64,000 nucleotides of DNA, from NCBI GenBank assembly GCA_013265495.1, contig MU058781.1:476963-540962 (forward strand), read 5' to 3'. The first letter of the stretch is position 1. Each line of letters starts with the position of its first letter. The stretch is from Vicugna vicugna. Taxonomy: Eukaryota. The notes beneath the pieces were generated by a model. The model saw only the letters and a list, made by a program, of their open reading frames with translations. It did no database searches and was not told where the DNA came from. The translations under genes and the position numbers were made by a program. This document shows, one piece after another, positions 23,640 through 37,725 of the stretch.

Positions 23640-26525
23640 CACGTATTAGTGAGAATACAGACGATCATGCATGATTAATACACTTGATCTAGGTAGCATA
23701 TCTAGAACACTGGGCCCAAGAGAAAACAAAGTTTATGTTTTAAGATCACATAGATCTCACCCCGGAGTGGTCACACACAGGGTGCTAATGTACACTTCAC
23801 TGCCTTTCTAATGACCAAAGCCATTCAAGAGTGTATTTTTTGACCACAGTGGAGGTAAGTTAGAAATCAATAATAAATCAATTTTTAGGAAATGTCCAGC
23901 AGTTTGGAAATGAAGCAAAATACTTTGAAATAACCTACATCTCAAAGTATAAACAACCACAAAACAAGAAAATATTTCACACCGAGGTCCACGTGAGCAA
24001 TTTTAGTGTCTGTATATTTATAAATTTAGAACACATTGAAAAATTCCTAGATAAGAAGCAAGTTTCCAAAAATAACATAATAATAAAAAATGGAAAATCT
24101 GAATTCTTCTACATCAATCATAGCCACTGTATTTGTAGTTAAAGACTTTTCCACAAAACAAAACCTAAGCCTGTATCAATTCAACAGTTAATTCCCCAAA
24201 TACTCAAAAGTGCAACTTCTCAAAGCATTTGACGAGGTCAGCATAACCTGGATGTGAAAACTGAAAAGCTTATAATAAAAGAAAATCACAGTCTAATCTC
24301 TCTCATTATCACAAATAAAAAATCCTTAAAATGTTAGAAAAAGCAAATGTAAAGATACATAAAAATGACAATATATCATGACCGACTCAGCCCTTTTTAT
24401 TTTTTCTAGGAAGGCAAGTTTGGTTTAACGTTTGAAAAATCATGGAAATTTATCACATTAATAGGGAAAAGAAGCAAAAGTACACAGTCATTGCAATAGG
24501 TGCAAAAAAAGATTAAATTCCACACTCATTCACAATAGCAATCTTGAAAAGTAGGGATAGAAAAAGATTATCTAATCTGACAAATGCATTAACAACAAAA
24601 ATGTGTGGAGAATAATGCTTAATAATGCCATATTGAAATATTTTCCTTAAGTTCAGAACCATGACAAAGATACCTATTATCACTACTTCCATTCATATTT
24701 TAATGGAGGTCATACCAAATGTAGGAAACAAAGCAAAGAAAATTGAAGGGAAATCAATTCAAAAGGAAGAAATAAAGATGACGTAATTGTACACATATAA
24801 TCTACAAATGAAGTAGTAAAACCAGTAAGCGGATTAGAAAAAGATCGGATGAGAAAAGGTGAATGTAGAGAAGCCAATAATATCTCCATACACTGGCGTA
24901 ATAAATAGAAAATCATAATTTTAAAATGTCATTTATAATGGCATGAAAAATCATCAAATAGTTAAGCTAAAATAATAAATAAATGACCTTTACATGGAAT
25001 ACTTCAAAATATTTTTGAGAAAATTAAAGAAGGCCTGCCTGATGGAGGAGGAGGGTAAAACATCGCAGGGCTTTAGGTGTTCGCATGTGTGGGCACAAGT
25101 TAAAATGTTCATTCTGAAACTGATGAAGCAATAAAAGAGATCAAGAATACTTAAGACAGTCTTGAATAAGAAGGATAAAGCCCAAGGACTGCCTGGACCT
25201 ACGTGAATCCATGTTAAAACGTTACAGTAATAAAAAGGATCGCCTTGGTGGAAGGACAGGCAAATAGACAATGGGACAGAATAGACGGTCCAGAAACAGA
25301 CCCACCTATACCCAGTATTTACGATAAAGGCATCAAAGCTTCAGCATGGCAGGAGGAGTAGTCTTTTCAATTGATAATGCTGAGTCATGAGAGATCATCG
25401 GGAAAAATGATAAATCTTAGTCCGTATCTCATCTCACACAAACACAAACTGTAGCACAAACAGAGTTTTTACACAGACTCTAGATCTCAATGCGACAGGT
25501 AAAGCAACGCAAGTTTTAGGAGAAAAGATAAGGCTGTCTTCATGATGTGATTTATCAAAGATTTCTCAAACAAGACGTGGAAACTCCTAATTCTGAAGGG
25601 GAAAACATCAGATGCTGGAGTTCTCTAAAGGTAAGAATTCATTTTTCTCAGAACCACTATTAAGAGAGTGGAAATGCAAGCCATCGAGAGGGAGAACATA
25701 TTCAAAGTGCTTCTGCTCAATGAAGGACTCACAGTCTGACTCTAGAACTCCTACATGTCAAAAGGGAAGAGACCCCACAGCCCAGCAGAACAATGGCAAA
25801 ATACTTGAAGGGGCACTTTGTAATAAAAATAATTTCAAAAATTGCCCAAAATGTTTTTTTTGAATCATCGGCTCATTAGCTTTGAAGGAAGTAAAATTCA
25901 AAACACAGTACAATATTACTGCACATACATCACAATGGCTAAAATGAGAAATCAGAGCATTAGGGATGGTGAGGATGTGCGGCCACTGGAATGCTCGTGA
26001 ACTGAACACGGAAGTACATACTGGCATGACCGTTTTGGAAAACACTCGGCAGCATCTCCTGAAAGTGATTATAAATGTTGTTGATCCAGCAATTCCACTC
26101 CTACATATTTACCCCGTATGTGTTCACCTAGCAGCATCCATGTCAGATCTCACGGCAGCACTATTTCGGTTAGCTCCAAATGAAAACCACCCAAAAGCAG
26201 AACAGGTAAGTTGTCATATTATCATGTAATGGAATACTATCAGAGCATTGAGAAAGAACTGACTATTGCTCTATGCAACAACATACTGAGCCAGACAAAA
26301 AGTGCACAGTATAAACTTTTCTCCATCTATATAAAGTTCAGAAAACAGGCAAAAGCAATTGATGGTGCTAGATAATGGTCACGTTTTGGAAAATATTGAG
26401 CATAAGGAGAACTTTGGAGTTTATTCCATGTCTTTATCTGGCTGCTGGCTTTATGATATTTCATCCATCAGTACAGTCACGATTCATGTATGTTTCCATA
26501 TGTCTGCTATACTTCAGTTTTACGT
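23640..26525 (+). mobile_element. Old L1 (L1MD/ME-type), ORF2 through 3' end, degenerate
   Basis: A-rich sense L1 with ordered landmarks: tgaccacagtggaggtaagttagaaatcaataa (EN end), ggaaggcaagtttggtttaac (RT), cagaaacagacccacctata, gatccagcaattccactcctacatatttaccc, and 3' end tatacttcagtttt. Confidence 0.9.
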
Positions 26526-26750
26526 AAAGAATGGGTAAGAATTTATTTTGATGGTTCCCCAAGTGGTGACAGAAGCAGGGAACCCAGCAGTGGAACTGGC
26601 TGGGTGTGTATGTGGGTGCAGGCGTACTATCGTTCCCATCAGCTCTTTTCCAAACTATAAAAGACCAGCTTTTTTATTGTCCCACAGTAAATGTCTTCAA
26701 ACACTGCAAGATAAAAAAACTCATCAATATGAAGTACAATCCTGATCCTG

Positions 26751-26752
<2 letters not shown>

Positions 26753-26782
<30 letters not shown>
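26753..26782. repeat. (GT)15 microsatellite
   Basis: Directly visible. Confidence 0.95.
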
Positions 26783-26784
<2 letters not shown>

Positions 26785-29700
26785 ATGGTGCACAGTGTTG
26801 TGGGTGAGCAAAATTGTAGAATCAAGGGAGGAGGAGGAAGGCTACTAGGGTATCAGTTAGCCTCTATCATGGATAATAGTAATACTTAATTCTGATCCAT
26901 AAATCTAAAAAAAGAACATGAATTTAAAATCTAATATTTTCCACCCTAATTGTGGGTATACAATTCAAAACTATCCAAATACTAAGGAATAAAACTGGTT
27001 CTTGAGTGATAATGAAAAGTAGGAACGCCTCAAGTCAGCTAACACATTTTATGTTTAACTATGGTTCTTTGTTACTAATTTTCAAAGAAGCTATTAATAT
27101 TTTTGTTGCATCCTAAATAATATATATTTGAAAGAGCTAAAATATTTTTCACACATAAACTCAAAATTCTTTCCACATCTGTGTTGAAATATAAACCCAG
27201 CATTATGTATAATTCTTTTGATGAAAAAAGTGAATCACACAACAGTTTAGTCTTATGTTAGTGAAGACAAACTAACAAATTGAAATTAAATTGGGTTCTT
27301 TTACTTTTTATTCTTTTATTCTATTAGCTCATACAATTTTAGAAGCTGTTCATTTTTCAAAACTCTGAGTTACAAATTTATGGTAAGTGGCGGCTATAAC
27401 AAAAGGGATCTGTTTTCAAAGCAGTTCTGCATGTTAATTGAAATAGCATTTGATTTATTGAAACCTAAGGAACGATCCTTATCTTTGCAAGTACCAAGAA
27501 GAAATTGGAATACAGGGTGGGACGTCATTCCAGAAATCATACTCATGTAAACCAGACTTACCTGGGAGAAGAATTTAAAGCACAGAGTCAAGAACCTACA
27601 TTGTTTACCCAGAACAATGTATTTATTTTCAATCCACAAGGCACATAATACAAATAGTGCTTTCAAATGCTGCATTACTAATGAGAGATTTTACTAACCA
27701 AAGTATCTGTTTCGAAGATTACAAAAGTGCTGAATGTTAGGTATTGGCTGTAAATACTCAGACTCATGAGAACACTTGGAGTCATCTGTCCCACCGTACT
27801 TGGCTGCTTCTCTTCGAAGGCGAGTCGCTTGCTCCATTACTACGATTTCACATCCTGACAAAGCTCTCCATTTGTCTGGAAGCTGTCAACTTCCTATCCA
27901 AAAGAACATTATGATGTTTTCTTTTTACCACCTAATGATTATTATGTTAGACAATGTATTTACTCCTAAATGGTTTGGGGTAATTGATTAGGTTGTTGTG
28001 TGTCAGGAAAAGCACAGATGTGGGGCCAGTGGAGACTGGGGCTGAGACAAAGGCCTCTCTCCTGTCTCCAGGAGGCCAGAGACTGGCAGGGCTGCTGTGC
28101 TGGCAAGACAAAACCTTGCTGTGGTGGGTGGTCCACTGGGAGGTAACTGGAGCTCTGCAATGTGTCCACTACAATCAACAAAAGGGCACAATAGCTGCTC
28201 TGTAGGGAACTGGGGGAGAAGAATTTGTTTAAATAAAATTGCAAGGTTGTCAGAATGTGAAATCTGTTCTCAAATGTTCTGTGCGTTGTCTAAGGGAATG
28301 CAGATTGGGAATCACTTCCTCTCAGGCCAAAGCACAGATAAAAAGAAACGTTTAAGTTTAACAGTATAACGTAAAAGAAAAGCACAGATATTGTTACTGT
28401 CAGCATGTGAGCGGCACATAACAAACTCTTCCATGACGTACCTCAAAATGCAAACGTTTACAACCGTGAAGTTTTGTTCTTAGGCTGTACCCTCAACACA
28501 GAAATGAGATGGTAAAGCTGTTATTAGCTATTTATTTATTTCCTATTTCAATGACAGATCTGATTATTAAGTATAGAAATACCTACTAGAAGGAGGAGTT
28601 ATGGAATAAAATTCTCAGCGGTACTGAGTCTAAACTTTTATTAGTAAAGTATAGTATGTCTGTTGGTTACCCCTGGATGTTTTTGCCAACAACATGGTGC
28701 CCTGGACATGGAAATTACTGGAGGCCCCTGGGCTTAAGCCTCTAAAGAAATTAAGTCATGGCTAAACCAAATTATGTCCTGAGAAAGTAAGAATGGAAAT
28801 TGTGGCCCAGGGCAAAGCACTCCAAGTCATTAGGTTAATGGTGCTCACTGCCACCAAGTGATTCTTCACTTGGACATTAAGAAGAGCAGGAAGGGCCACT
28901 GACAGCATTACGGACAAGAACAGAAGTTTCGTGAACACAAAACTATTTTTTTCTCTACCACAGCAAAATCAATTCCTTAACCTAAAACCCTTTTTGATGT
29001 CCTTTTCTTTCCTTTTTGTTCTAGGGTTTGCAAAGTGTTTATAGTTTCATGGGAGAGCAGGGCCATTTCCCATTGTGTTGTTTAAGTCTGCAATGGAAAA
29101 AAGAACTAAAAGAACAAAAAGGAACAGGTAAAGGGGACTTTTTAATATTCCCTCTCTATCTCTAATTTCTGTTGATACACCAAGTCTGATTTTGAGAAAT
29201 ATAGCTAAAGAAAAACATTCTCTGTTTCACTTTGAAGTAAGGTGGTCCTCCTGTAGATAGAGTAAATAGGATGCTGTAAACTCATGCCAGCCTAGGGGAT
29301 CACAGGAGTATTCATTCTGGATGCAATTATGTGATCAAGTTGCTTTCCAGAAGTCAACATGTTGATCCACGCAAGAAATGATGTAACCAGGAAGAACAAA
29401 TAGCTCTGCAGACGTCTGTATGTAGAAGGGCTTACGAAAAGTTCATTGAGCTGAAAAGTTGTCTTCTCTCAAATGTCCAGGAGACACCCGTCAGAATAAC
29501 TTTCTCCACCCACAGATTCCTTTCGTTGTAAAAGAAGAACAAGCAATTCATGGACGTCTGTAACATCTCCTACTCAGGACCTGCACTGGCAGTCTTCTTC
29601 CAGAACTGAATGTCCCCCAGCACAACAGCCGCCTTAAGTGGCGAACGAAACCTGCCCACTGAGCTGGGCATTTCCGGGTCACTTGTCACCAGCCATTTGA

Positions 29701-32314
29701 AGGGTGAATTCTTCTCAGATTTGGTTTTGATCAAGAATAGACTTTTAGATTTGTTGGATAAACTTTTTCTATCTATGATGAGGGGGTGCATTTTGTCTAA
29801 GAATGTGGAAAAGGAACACCTCCTTCAGCCCAATTTATCATATCAGGGGTACAGAATTACAGGCTCTCTCGTCTGAACATTTATTTAATATTATGTATTA
29901 ATTTTTATTAGGAAATGCTAAATAAGATCATCAATTTAACTAAGCAACCAATCTTTTTTTTTTCTGATTATAGGACACCACCAAGGAATTAAATGAAGAG
30001 GAGAAATAAAGAAAGTATCTGAGTATATCTACATTTAAATAGATTTTAAAGCTCTAATAATTAAAATTTCAAATCCCAAATAAAGCAATTAAAGAAATAA
30101 TTTAAAATTCATGCCAAATACAAAGGTGGTACAAAACTCCATTTTGAGTAAGGACATGCCAATGGGCTATCTGCAAAATAATATTCCAAATACCCAAGCC
30201 TGCGCAGTATAAATGGATGATAATTACAGAGTTAGTTCAGAGAATAGAAAAAAATGGCTTGTAAATGAACATGGTGGTTTTTCTAACCCCTGGTCCACTG
30301 TGTTCTTTCAGAACAGTAACACTAGATGTAGTCTCCTGCTTGCAGTTTTGGAATGTCAGCTTTAACTTTCCTTCTGTAACTCCATGTACAGTAATTTCCC
30401 TGCCATACACTTCATAGTTTGTATTTCAGGCAGCATTCTGTGATGAATAAGAATTATTTGCTTTTCCTCCGAAGAACACTTCCCGCAGAGGCCCATGTGC
30501 CACGGAAAGATAACGTTTTCCAGGGGCAGACTTTCAAAATGCAAAGCCGCAGGCAAAGTTGCCTTGGAGTTCCCTGGAGATCTTGGGGAGAGGGATAACT
30601 CACACGAGGGAGGGACGCCCCGTCAGCCAGGCAACATGCCAACGTGGACAAGAGGGAAACATAGCGTCTCCCGTAGGTCTAATCGCAGAGCTGCTGGAGC
30701 AGGAGGCTCCAGACAAGCATCAGTATCGTGGGTGCAAATCCAACAAGGTTGTTGCTGTTTGGGTAAATTCTATTGTGCTGTCCTGTCTCTGTGGCTTGGA
30801 GGCATGCACTTCCGTGAAAGCCGTGGGATGTGAAAACAAGGGCTTAAAGCGCAACCATCTCCGCGGCATCTTCCACTCCGGCTAAGAATGTCTGTGGGAC
30901 AATGGGGAGCAGGAAGTCAAGTGCGGCATTTTGATGTGAGCTTCTGCTGCTGATTATAGCCGAGAGGAGCCCTGCTCTCCTAGTCATGACTCACCAGTGC
31001 CCTTTGATTAAACCCAGACATGGATTTAGTTACCACGACGTGCATCAGCTTGCTTTGTTGTGCTTCCTTCTGGTCTCACTTCCTGCTTCGGAAATGAATT
31101 CCCACAGTCCACAGTCATTCCATCAGGGCCACCATAACCTCCTAACTGACGAGAAAGGACGGTTTGTGCTTTCTGACACACGTGGGCAGCTTGGACATGG
31201 AACTCGGGGCTCTTTCTCTTAAGACTGGTCTTGTCAGCACTCAGATTTGATAATCACAGCCAACCAAGGAGGATGAAGAAATGCACAGCTGATGAAGGGA
31301 TCTCAGAAATACGTCAGTCTACTTTGATTAAAACTTCACCCCTCCCTTGCAGCCTTGAAATGTCTTAACTTTCAAATCTTGAGGTACTTATTTATGCATA
31401 TAGTTCAGATCTACCAGACTCACTGTCTACAACAAGATCCCACTGTTTCTGTGTGGTTCACAAGGATGGAACCACATTTGCCTTGATCAAACCACACAAA
31501 GCGCTCGATGAGCCCAGGTTACGTGATTGAATTAATTGATCTGTGACCAGCCCTCTCTGCTTTACTTTAAAAGTCTTTCTTTAAAAAGACTTCACTTTCT
31601 CTTTTAAAAGTGTGATTATGGATTATTAATTAAAGAACATCAGCTCTAGGGATGTTTTCCTTCCATAGAATCATAGAATTTCCAGCCAGAAGGCAGCCTA
31701 GATGGCATGTGTTTAACTTCCTGCCCATTGCTAAAATCTCTTCTTGAGGAGGTGATACTCAGAGACTGCTCTCATGGTTGTAAAGTTCTTTATTTTATGG
31801 AGCTTAAATCTACTTTTTAATGATTTCTGTTCATTGGCCCTAATTCTAGTGAAGCAACAGCAACAATACGTCTTGCATAAGGTTCAGTTCCTCTTTGACG
31901 AATTAAAGAAGGCACCAGTGGAACGTTCCTGTCTTTTCCTGCTGCTCGTTCCTGTGGGAGCAGGTGAGGGGTCTTCCCTTAGAAGGCACAAGGACATTGC
32001 AGTGACACCACAGCCATCTGCCCTATCTCACCAGGATCTGGTGACCAGAAGAAGAGCACGAATTATGCAGAATTCATCAGCCACTGATCTCTGACTATAG
32101 AACTTATTTTTTGAAGACTATGGGCCTTATTACTATAGAATTCACAAATAACATTTTAAGAGATTTTAGGAGTTTTTAGGAAAAACAGTAAGATGGGTAT
32201 CACTTTAACTGCTCAGCGTTGCAATGTCGCTCTTCTGCTGTGACAGGCAGGATGCTGACCCGGGAGCTCTTCCGTCCCTTCAGGCTGCCGTTGTCTTCCC
32301 CGTCTGTCTTTCGG

Positions 32315-32530
32315 TTCTGAGCCGGGTAACCTGGGCTCAAGTCCTGGCTTTGCCATTCAGTTATGTAACCACAAGTAAGTTAATTTACCTCTCTGGAATT
32401 TATTATCTTGATCAGTAAAGGGGAAAATGCCTAACTTACAGCATACCTATGAGAATTGTACAAGGTAAATGCTAGACAGTGCTAGTATCACATCTGGCAT
32501 CATTAGATACTCATTCAGTTCACTCCTATT
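32315..32530 (+). mobile_element. MIR SINE
   Basis: cctgggctcaagtcctggctttgccattcagttatgtaaccacaagtaagttaatttacctctctg...catctggcatcattagatactca. Confidence 0.85.
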
Positions 32531-35308
32531 TTAGTACAAGCTGAAATGCCCCCATCCAGGATTGTTTTTAATGAATGGAAAGATATTCCTATATGATACT
32601 TCTATACATCTCAGGTCCATTAAATGTTTACAGCACGTGTACAGGTCAGTGTATCCAGAAAGCTCTGGGTTAAATGTTCCAAACAACCAGTTTCTCGTTC
32701 ACAAATTTTCATTGCCTCCCCTTGTCATTAAAGGTGAGCCGTATGGCATCTTCTAATGTCTGCTATTATCGGGTAGAGGCCCACAGTACCGGAAAGGAGC
32801 CCCAGCGCTGGGCAGTGGTCTCAGCCCCACACCAGCAAGGCCTGCATCTTTCCGCACAGGTCCTGCAAGGACCACAAGAGTGTTCCTGGGGTTCTGTCTG
32901 TTCTTCCTCTGCTCAGATTGTCTGTGCCTGGCCGGCTTCCTTCCAGGTCAGAGCTGGGATCTATAGCATGTCAGGAAAGGTCCAGGATATGCCTTTGTTT
33001 TCATCACTTACGTCCGAGAACACAGGCACACAGCACAGTCCATCATGGATGCCGGTGTGCTCAAACTGTATTCATGGACCATAAATCACCTTCATGTGGT
33101 CTCAAATTCACATTCCCATCCCAAGTATTAGCCTGGCGTTGTTCACTGCAAATGGAAATGGCTTATTTATAGGGAGGAAAACAAGAGCAGATGGATGGAT
33201 TTTAGGGGGTTGGAAATAACATTAAAACATAAGCAGAGAAATATTTGACCTGTATGATAAATGCTCCAGCAGAATTTGGACAGTGAGAATCCTATGTTCA
33301 TTTGTGTGTAAGAAATGAAGAGCAAAGGGTAACATTATTACCTAATTCCCCCAGATATGATCCATGCAGAATCACTGGTATATCAGAATACAAGGAGAGC
33401 TCTCAGATTCCTACAATTGACTGCAAACCCTGGGATCTGTTACCTTGTGACTTTAGTGTGGCTATCAATCCATAATCTAGTAGTAAAGAAACATTCTGTC
33501 TTCTTATCAGATGATGCCAATTTGAATAGTTTGTCTTTCTTGAAATGTTATGTGGTCCTCACAACAGTTACAAGTTACAGAGCCCATCAGAAGAAAAAAC
33601 ATAGTTAAGAGTTAAAATATGGCAAGTATCATATGACTTTTAAAAGTCAGAGAACAGAGTGTATGGCATAAGGAGATGAAGCAATCCACGAATCACTATT
33701 TTAACCTCACTAGGAACCTAGTTTTATTTGTATTTCTTTCTACATCGTTCCTAAGGAGTAGCTGCCTCTTATAAATCAGCTGACCATTTCTTAATTCAGC
33801 TGTTCTGACCATGAGCTGAAGAAATTTGGCAGAGACAAAACAGAATCACATCTTGAGCAATTAGACACTGGATCAAGAATGAAAGCTCATTGGCTGGCAG
33901 CATTACCATCATCCAGTGTCTCTTGCTTACAGTATATTGTGACAAAGTAAAATCTATTTCAGCTGTTCCATGGCAATGGCTATTATTTACGAAACATAAA
34001 AAGATACTGAAATACAAAAGGGCTTGAAAAGACCAGGGTAAGATCAGATAAAAAAATGAGAAAGAAACAGGCATCCTGGGATGGTAACTACTCTGCCATG
34101 TACTGACAGGGAGGTTGTATATTTTTAGAATATACTGAAAGGAATGGTGCTTTTACTTAGGTTTTTATGGTTTACCACGAGATGCAATTTTCTGGCCTTA
34201 TATGCAGTTGTAACAAAAGTCAGAGACGTTTTATGATAGCTGCCACAGTCCATAAATGATGGGATACACTAAAATATTTATAGAACTGTAAAATCTTGAT
34301 TTCTCTCTGGTTTAGCAGATGGGGCCCTAAAACCAGTTCCCAGATTGTCACATTTTCTTCACCCTTTGATGACAAAGAAGCCTGTTATCAGTTTTCTTCT
34401 CTGGAGAACAAGTTCACTAGTGTGAACAAGGTCAGACTTTCAGTCAATTATGTATGTCTGAGTATGTGTGTCTGAGTAATGCCAATTAAGGGAGCTCTGA
34501 AGCCAAGTTATAATTACTCCATACGTACTTCTTGGCAGGAAGCATCAGGGTAGGATAGAGAAGATACCCTCTGAAGTACTTTTTACCCATTTCCTTGTTT
34601 TCATTTCTTGAAGGGTCATCTTAAAAGCTGTTTCCACCCACAGAGATAAGCATCATGTCAATATTAAGACTCATCTGTTTAGGAGGCCAAGAGAATTTTT
34701 GCTACCATGTGTGTCTTTTTGGAACTGTATGTTCTGGGACAAAATAGTTAGTCTATGTAAGGCCACCAAACTCAAGCACTGCTTACAATTAGAAGGAACT
34801 CTTCTAAATTAGACAGGAGAGTAAGAAATCAACACTGATGGACTGTTGATGGTATTTTTCTGATTTTAGGATATCAATATGTGAAAGAAGTATAAATGCT
34901 CATAAAATGGGCTTACATGGCATTTATTTAAGAAGCATTATTGGAAAGGTAGCCCAAATCAAACTTTAGCAAACAGACGAGACTGACAGGGAGATGGACA
35001 GACAGATACACAGATAGATACACAGAAGATGGAGAGAGAGATGATTGGTTAAAAACACACTTGCATAAGTGCTGTTTGTAGTCAGAGTTTGCAGATTTTC
35101 TATTTTCTCTCAAGGAATGTCACTGAAATTAAACAGATAATACTCGGGTGTACAAACTGTAGATAGTCTTTTATTTATAGCAAATAATGGTGAATTTCTT
35201 CCAATTTCTCCATTTTCCATAAAATATTTACCTCAGGAAGAAAAACATTTGAAATAAAAATCTTCAAAGATGTCTTCATAGACAAAAACTGTGGAAAAAT
35301 TCACCGTA

Positions 35309-35385
35309 CCAGTGGTGTGCAGAATTAACAAGGATCACAAAAACTTTCAGACCTACTGAATCCAAATCTCAGGATGGCCAGAGAT
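35309..35385. mobile_element. MER5-like hAT fragment
   Basis: ccagtggtgtgcagaatt...cagacctactgaatccaaatctcaggatgg resembles the MER5A interior. Confidence 0.45.
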
Positions 35386-37200
35386 GGAGAAAAGATGTAA
35401 TATGACACACTCTCAGCATGATGAAAATGGTTAAACAAGTGCACGAAGAACCCAGCTCATCTCTTTGATGCCTGATGAGGCTATAATTAATTAGGTGTTC
35501 ATGAGCTGAGTATTTTATTTTTAATCTACATTTCCAGAAACTTCCTTAACACAATTATTTCATAACAACCTTGATTTATATTACAATTTGACTGGGTGTT
35601 GGTATTCAATCATGGTTGAAAATAGTCACACGCCAAGGTCTACCATTGTGTGCCAAGATATTGGGCATTTCTTTAGAGATTACTTAAAAGGATTTACTGG
35701 CTGGAAGGGGAAAATGCAAGAATTTTAAAAAAGAAAAGCCCACTTGTCTCCCACAAAAAAATCAACAGCATAAAATGAACAATGGTAATAAAAAGATGAG
35801 CACCACTCACACTGCCAAAGAAACATTTTGAGAAAGCACTGGTTAGCTCCTGAGAGGAAATGCTTATTTCCCTTTATCCTGGAACCCTGCTTTAATTTGG
35901 ATTTGGAAAATTTAAATATCTGCCAAATTAGAAAAACTCTGTGCACTGTAGCAAAAATAGAGTAAATGATAACTCCCAGGCATGCTTACTTGGTGTTAGT
36001 CAGTCCCCACAGGGAGTTAGGCTAAAATTTCCACGAGCAGAGAGATGAGCTGAAAAGGTTTCAAAACTTTTGGTGTTCCAGTGTGAAGGGTGCTTGTCAG
36101 GAACCCACCGAGAGGTAAGCAATTATCCTAAATGATGTCGCACTGCTCAAAGGGTACAGATGTTGGTCTACTGTCTTTGGAAGAAGTCAACTTGGAAAAA
36201 CTGTTTAGTAGATTCTAGAATGGGTTTTCAAAAACATGTTCCTAAATGGAGATTAAAGCAATACATTTGACAGCCAGGAACATTAAGCATCCCCCTATGC
36301 CTGTGTTTGTGTCTGAAGACTCAGTAAATTCATTGAGGACAAGAGTTAAGAGTATGACCTGGTTTCCCTCAAAGAAACGCTATTGGGGAGATTAAGTGGG
36401 AAGTTCACATCACTGTCTCAGTTTTATTCAGATTCCTTTCACAAGTCAAACTGACAGTACAGTGCTCAACTTCTCCTTTATGGTCGCTATGGACACACAA
36501 GCAAAGGATTATAGGCTGAATCAGAATCCCAGTTACACCACTGATGAGTCATGAAGCTTCAGAAAAAGCAGTTAACCTATCAGTTTTCCTGGCTTCATCT
36601 GCACAGTGGAGGAAAGCAGATAAAAACCTGCCGGAGAAGTGCACCCAGGGGGCTGACGGACTTAGCATGCTTTAAGAGTAAAATGGGCTGTCATATGAGT
36701 ATTAACAAATCCTGTATTAGACTAGAGCTGAAAGGGATTTGAATGCATCTTAGTCTGAGCACACCCCTAACTACTGCAACATCTGCCATATTTTGCAGAA
36801 GCTGCCCTGGAGATACACCTCATCAGGAACACTCGCCCTGGAAGTGCAAGCGAATTAAGCCTAGAATACTGAAGATAAAGAATAACAACTCACTTGACAT
36901 CATCTTCTTAGCAAGTTAATGCCTTTAATAAAAAATATATTCTTCATAAAAGTGAAATCTGTCATTACTTAGTTTTTCACTATGGGAACATGGTGCCTCC
37001 CCAAAATCATGGAAAGATGTTGCACCTCTGCATTAAAGAATATTCTACATTTCTGTTCCTCTTTGCTCCATAGAAATCAAAAAGACTGTAGTTTCTGATT
37101 TCTAAAGTTTATACCATATGTAATAATTTACTTCTTTCTCTTAGAAAGAAAAGAAAGCTCTTGATGTCTTTATTCTTTGTGTAGTCAACACAGAAGTAAC

Positions 37201-37725
37201 AGAGTCAGTAGAAGTCTGAGATGGCTTGCAAGATTCCCACCTGCTATTGGCAGGCCCCATGGACCACCCCCGCCTTCAGCAAACAGGATGATTAGGTGCC
37301 CTTACATGAGCGAGACGGCAGGATAGTCGCTCTCGTGACAACGTTATGGAATATAAGACTCAGTTAGAGAGTGTGAGGGGTCATTCCTGCTGCTGTTCTT
37401 GAAGGAGCAAAGTCAGGGTCGGGGCAGGGAGTGGTAGGAGCCAAAAGCGACCTGCGGCTGACACTGGGCAGGAAAGTGGGGACTTCAGTCGTACAGCTGC
37501 AAACCTTTGAGCAATCTGAGTGGGCTGAAAGGAGGACCCCAGGCCTCAGGTGGGATGGCGGCACCACTGGATACCTTGTCTCCACCTGAAGAGACTCTGG
37601 ACTGAAGATCACCTAATGCAGGCCCAACCTCCGGCCCTTGGGAACTTGCGAGGTGAAAAATGTGTGTGTTCCCAGTCACTCGGTGTGAGGCTGTCTATTA
37701 CACACGGCAGCAGAGCGCTAACACA
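37201..37725 (+). mobile_element. MaLR LTR (MLT1E/F-like)
   Basis: gaagtctgagatggcttgcaagattccc...ggaaagtggggacttcagtcgtacagctgc...tgtgtgtgttcccagtcactcggtgtgaggctgtctattacacacggcagcagagcgctaacaca. Confidence 0.85.

Noticed and set aside
27556..27565. ACTTACCTGG identical to the U1 snRNA 5' end
   Set aside because: Downstream sequence does not continue as U1; it is simply the complement of a 5' splice site.
29570..29876. Overlapping antisense ORFs (73 aa minus, 88 aa plus) that look protein-like
   Set aside because: No recognisable family, flanked by stops, no clear splice signals or retrocopy polyA/TSD. Same-register antisense ORFs of this size arise by chance.
31570..31592. Short inverted repeat AAGTCTTT...AAAGACTT
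   Set aside because: 8-bp AT-rich stem, expected by chance.
32674..33084. 136-aa plus-strand ORF
   Set aside because: No recognisable motifs; lies in a locally GC-richer patch where stops are rarer.
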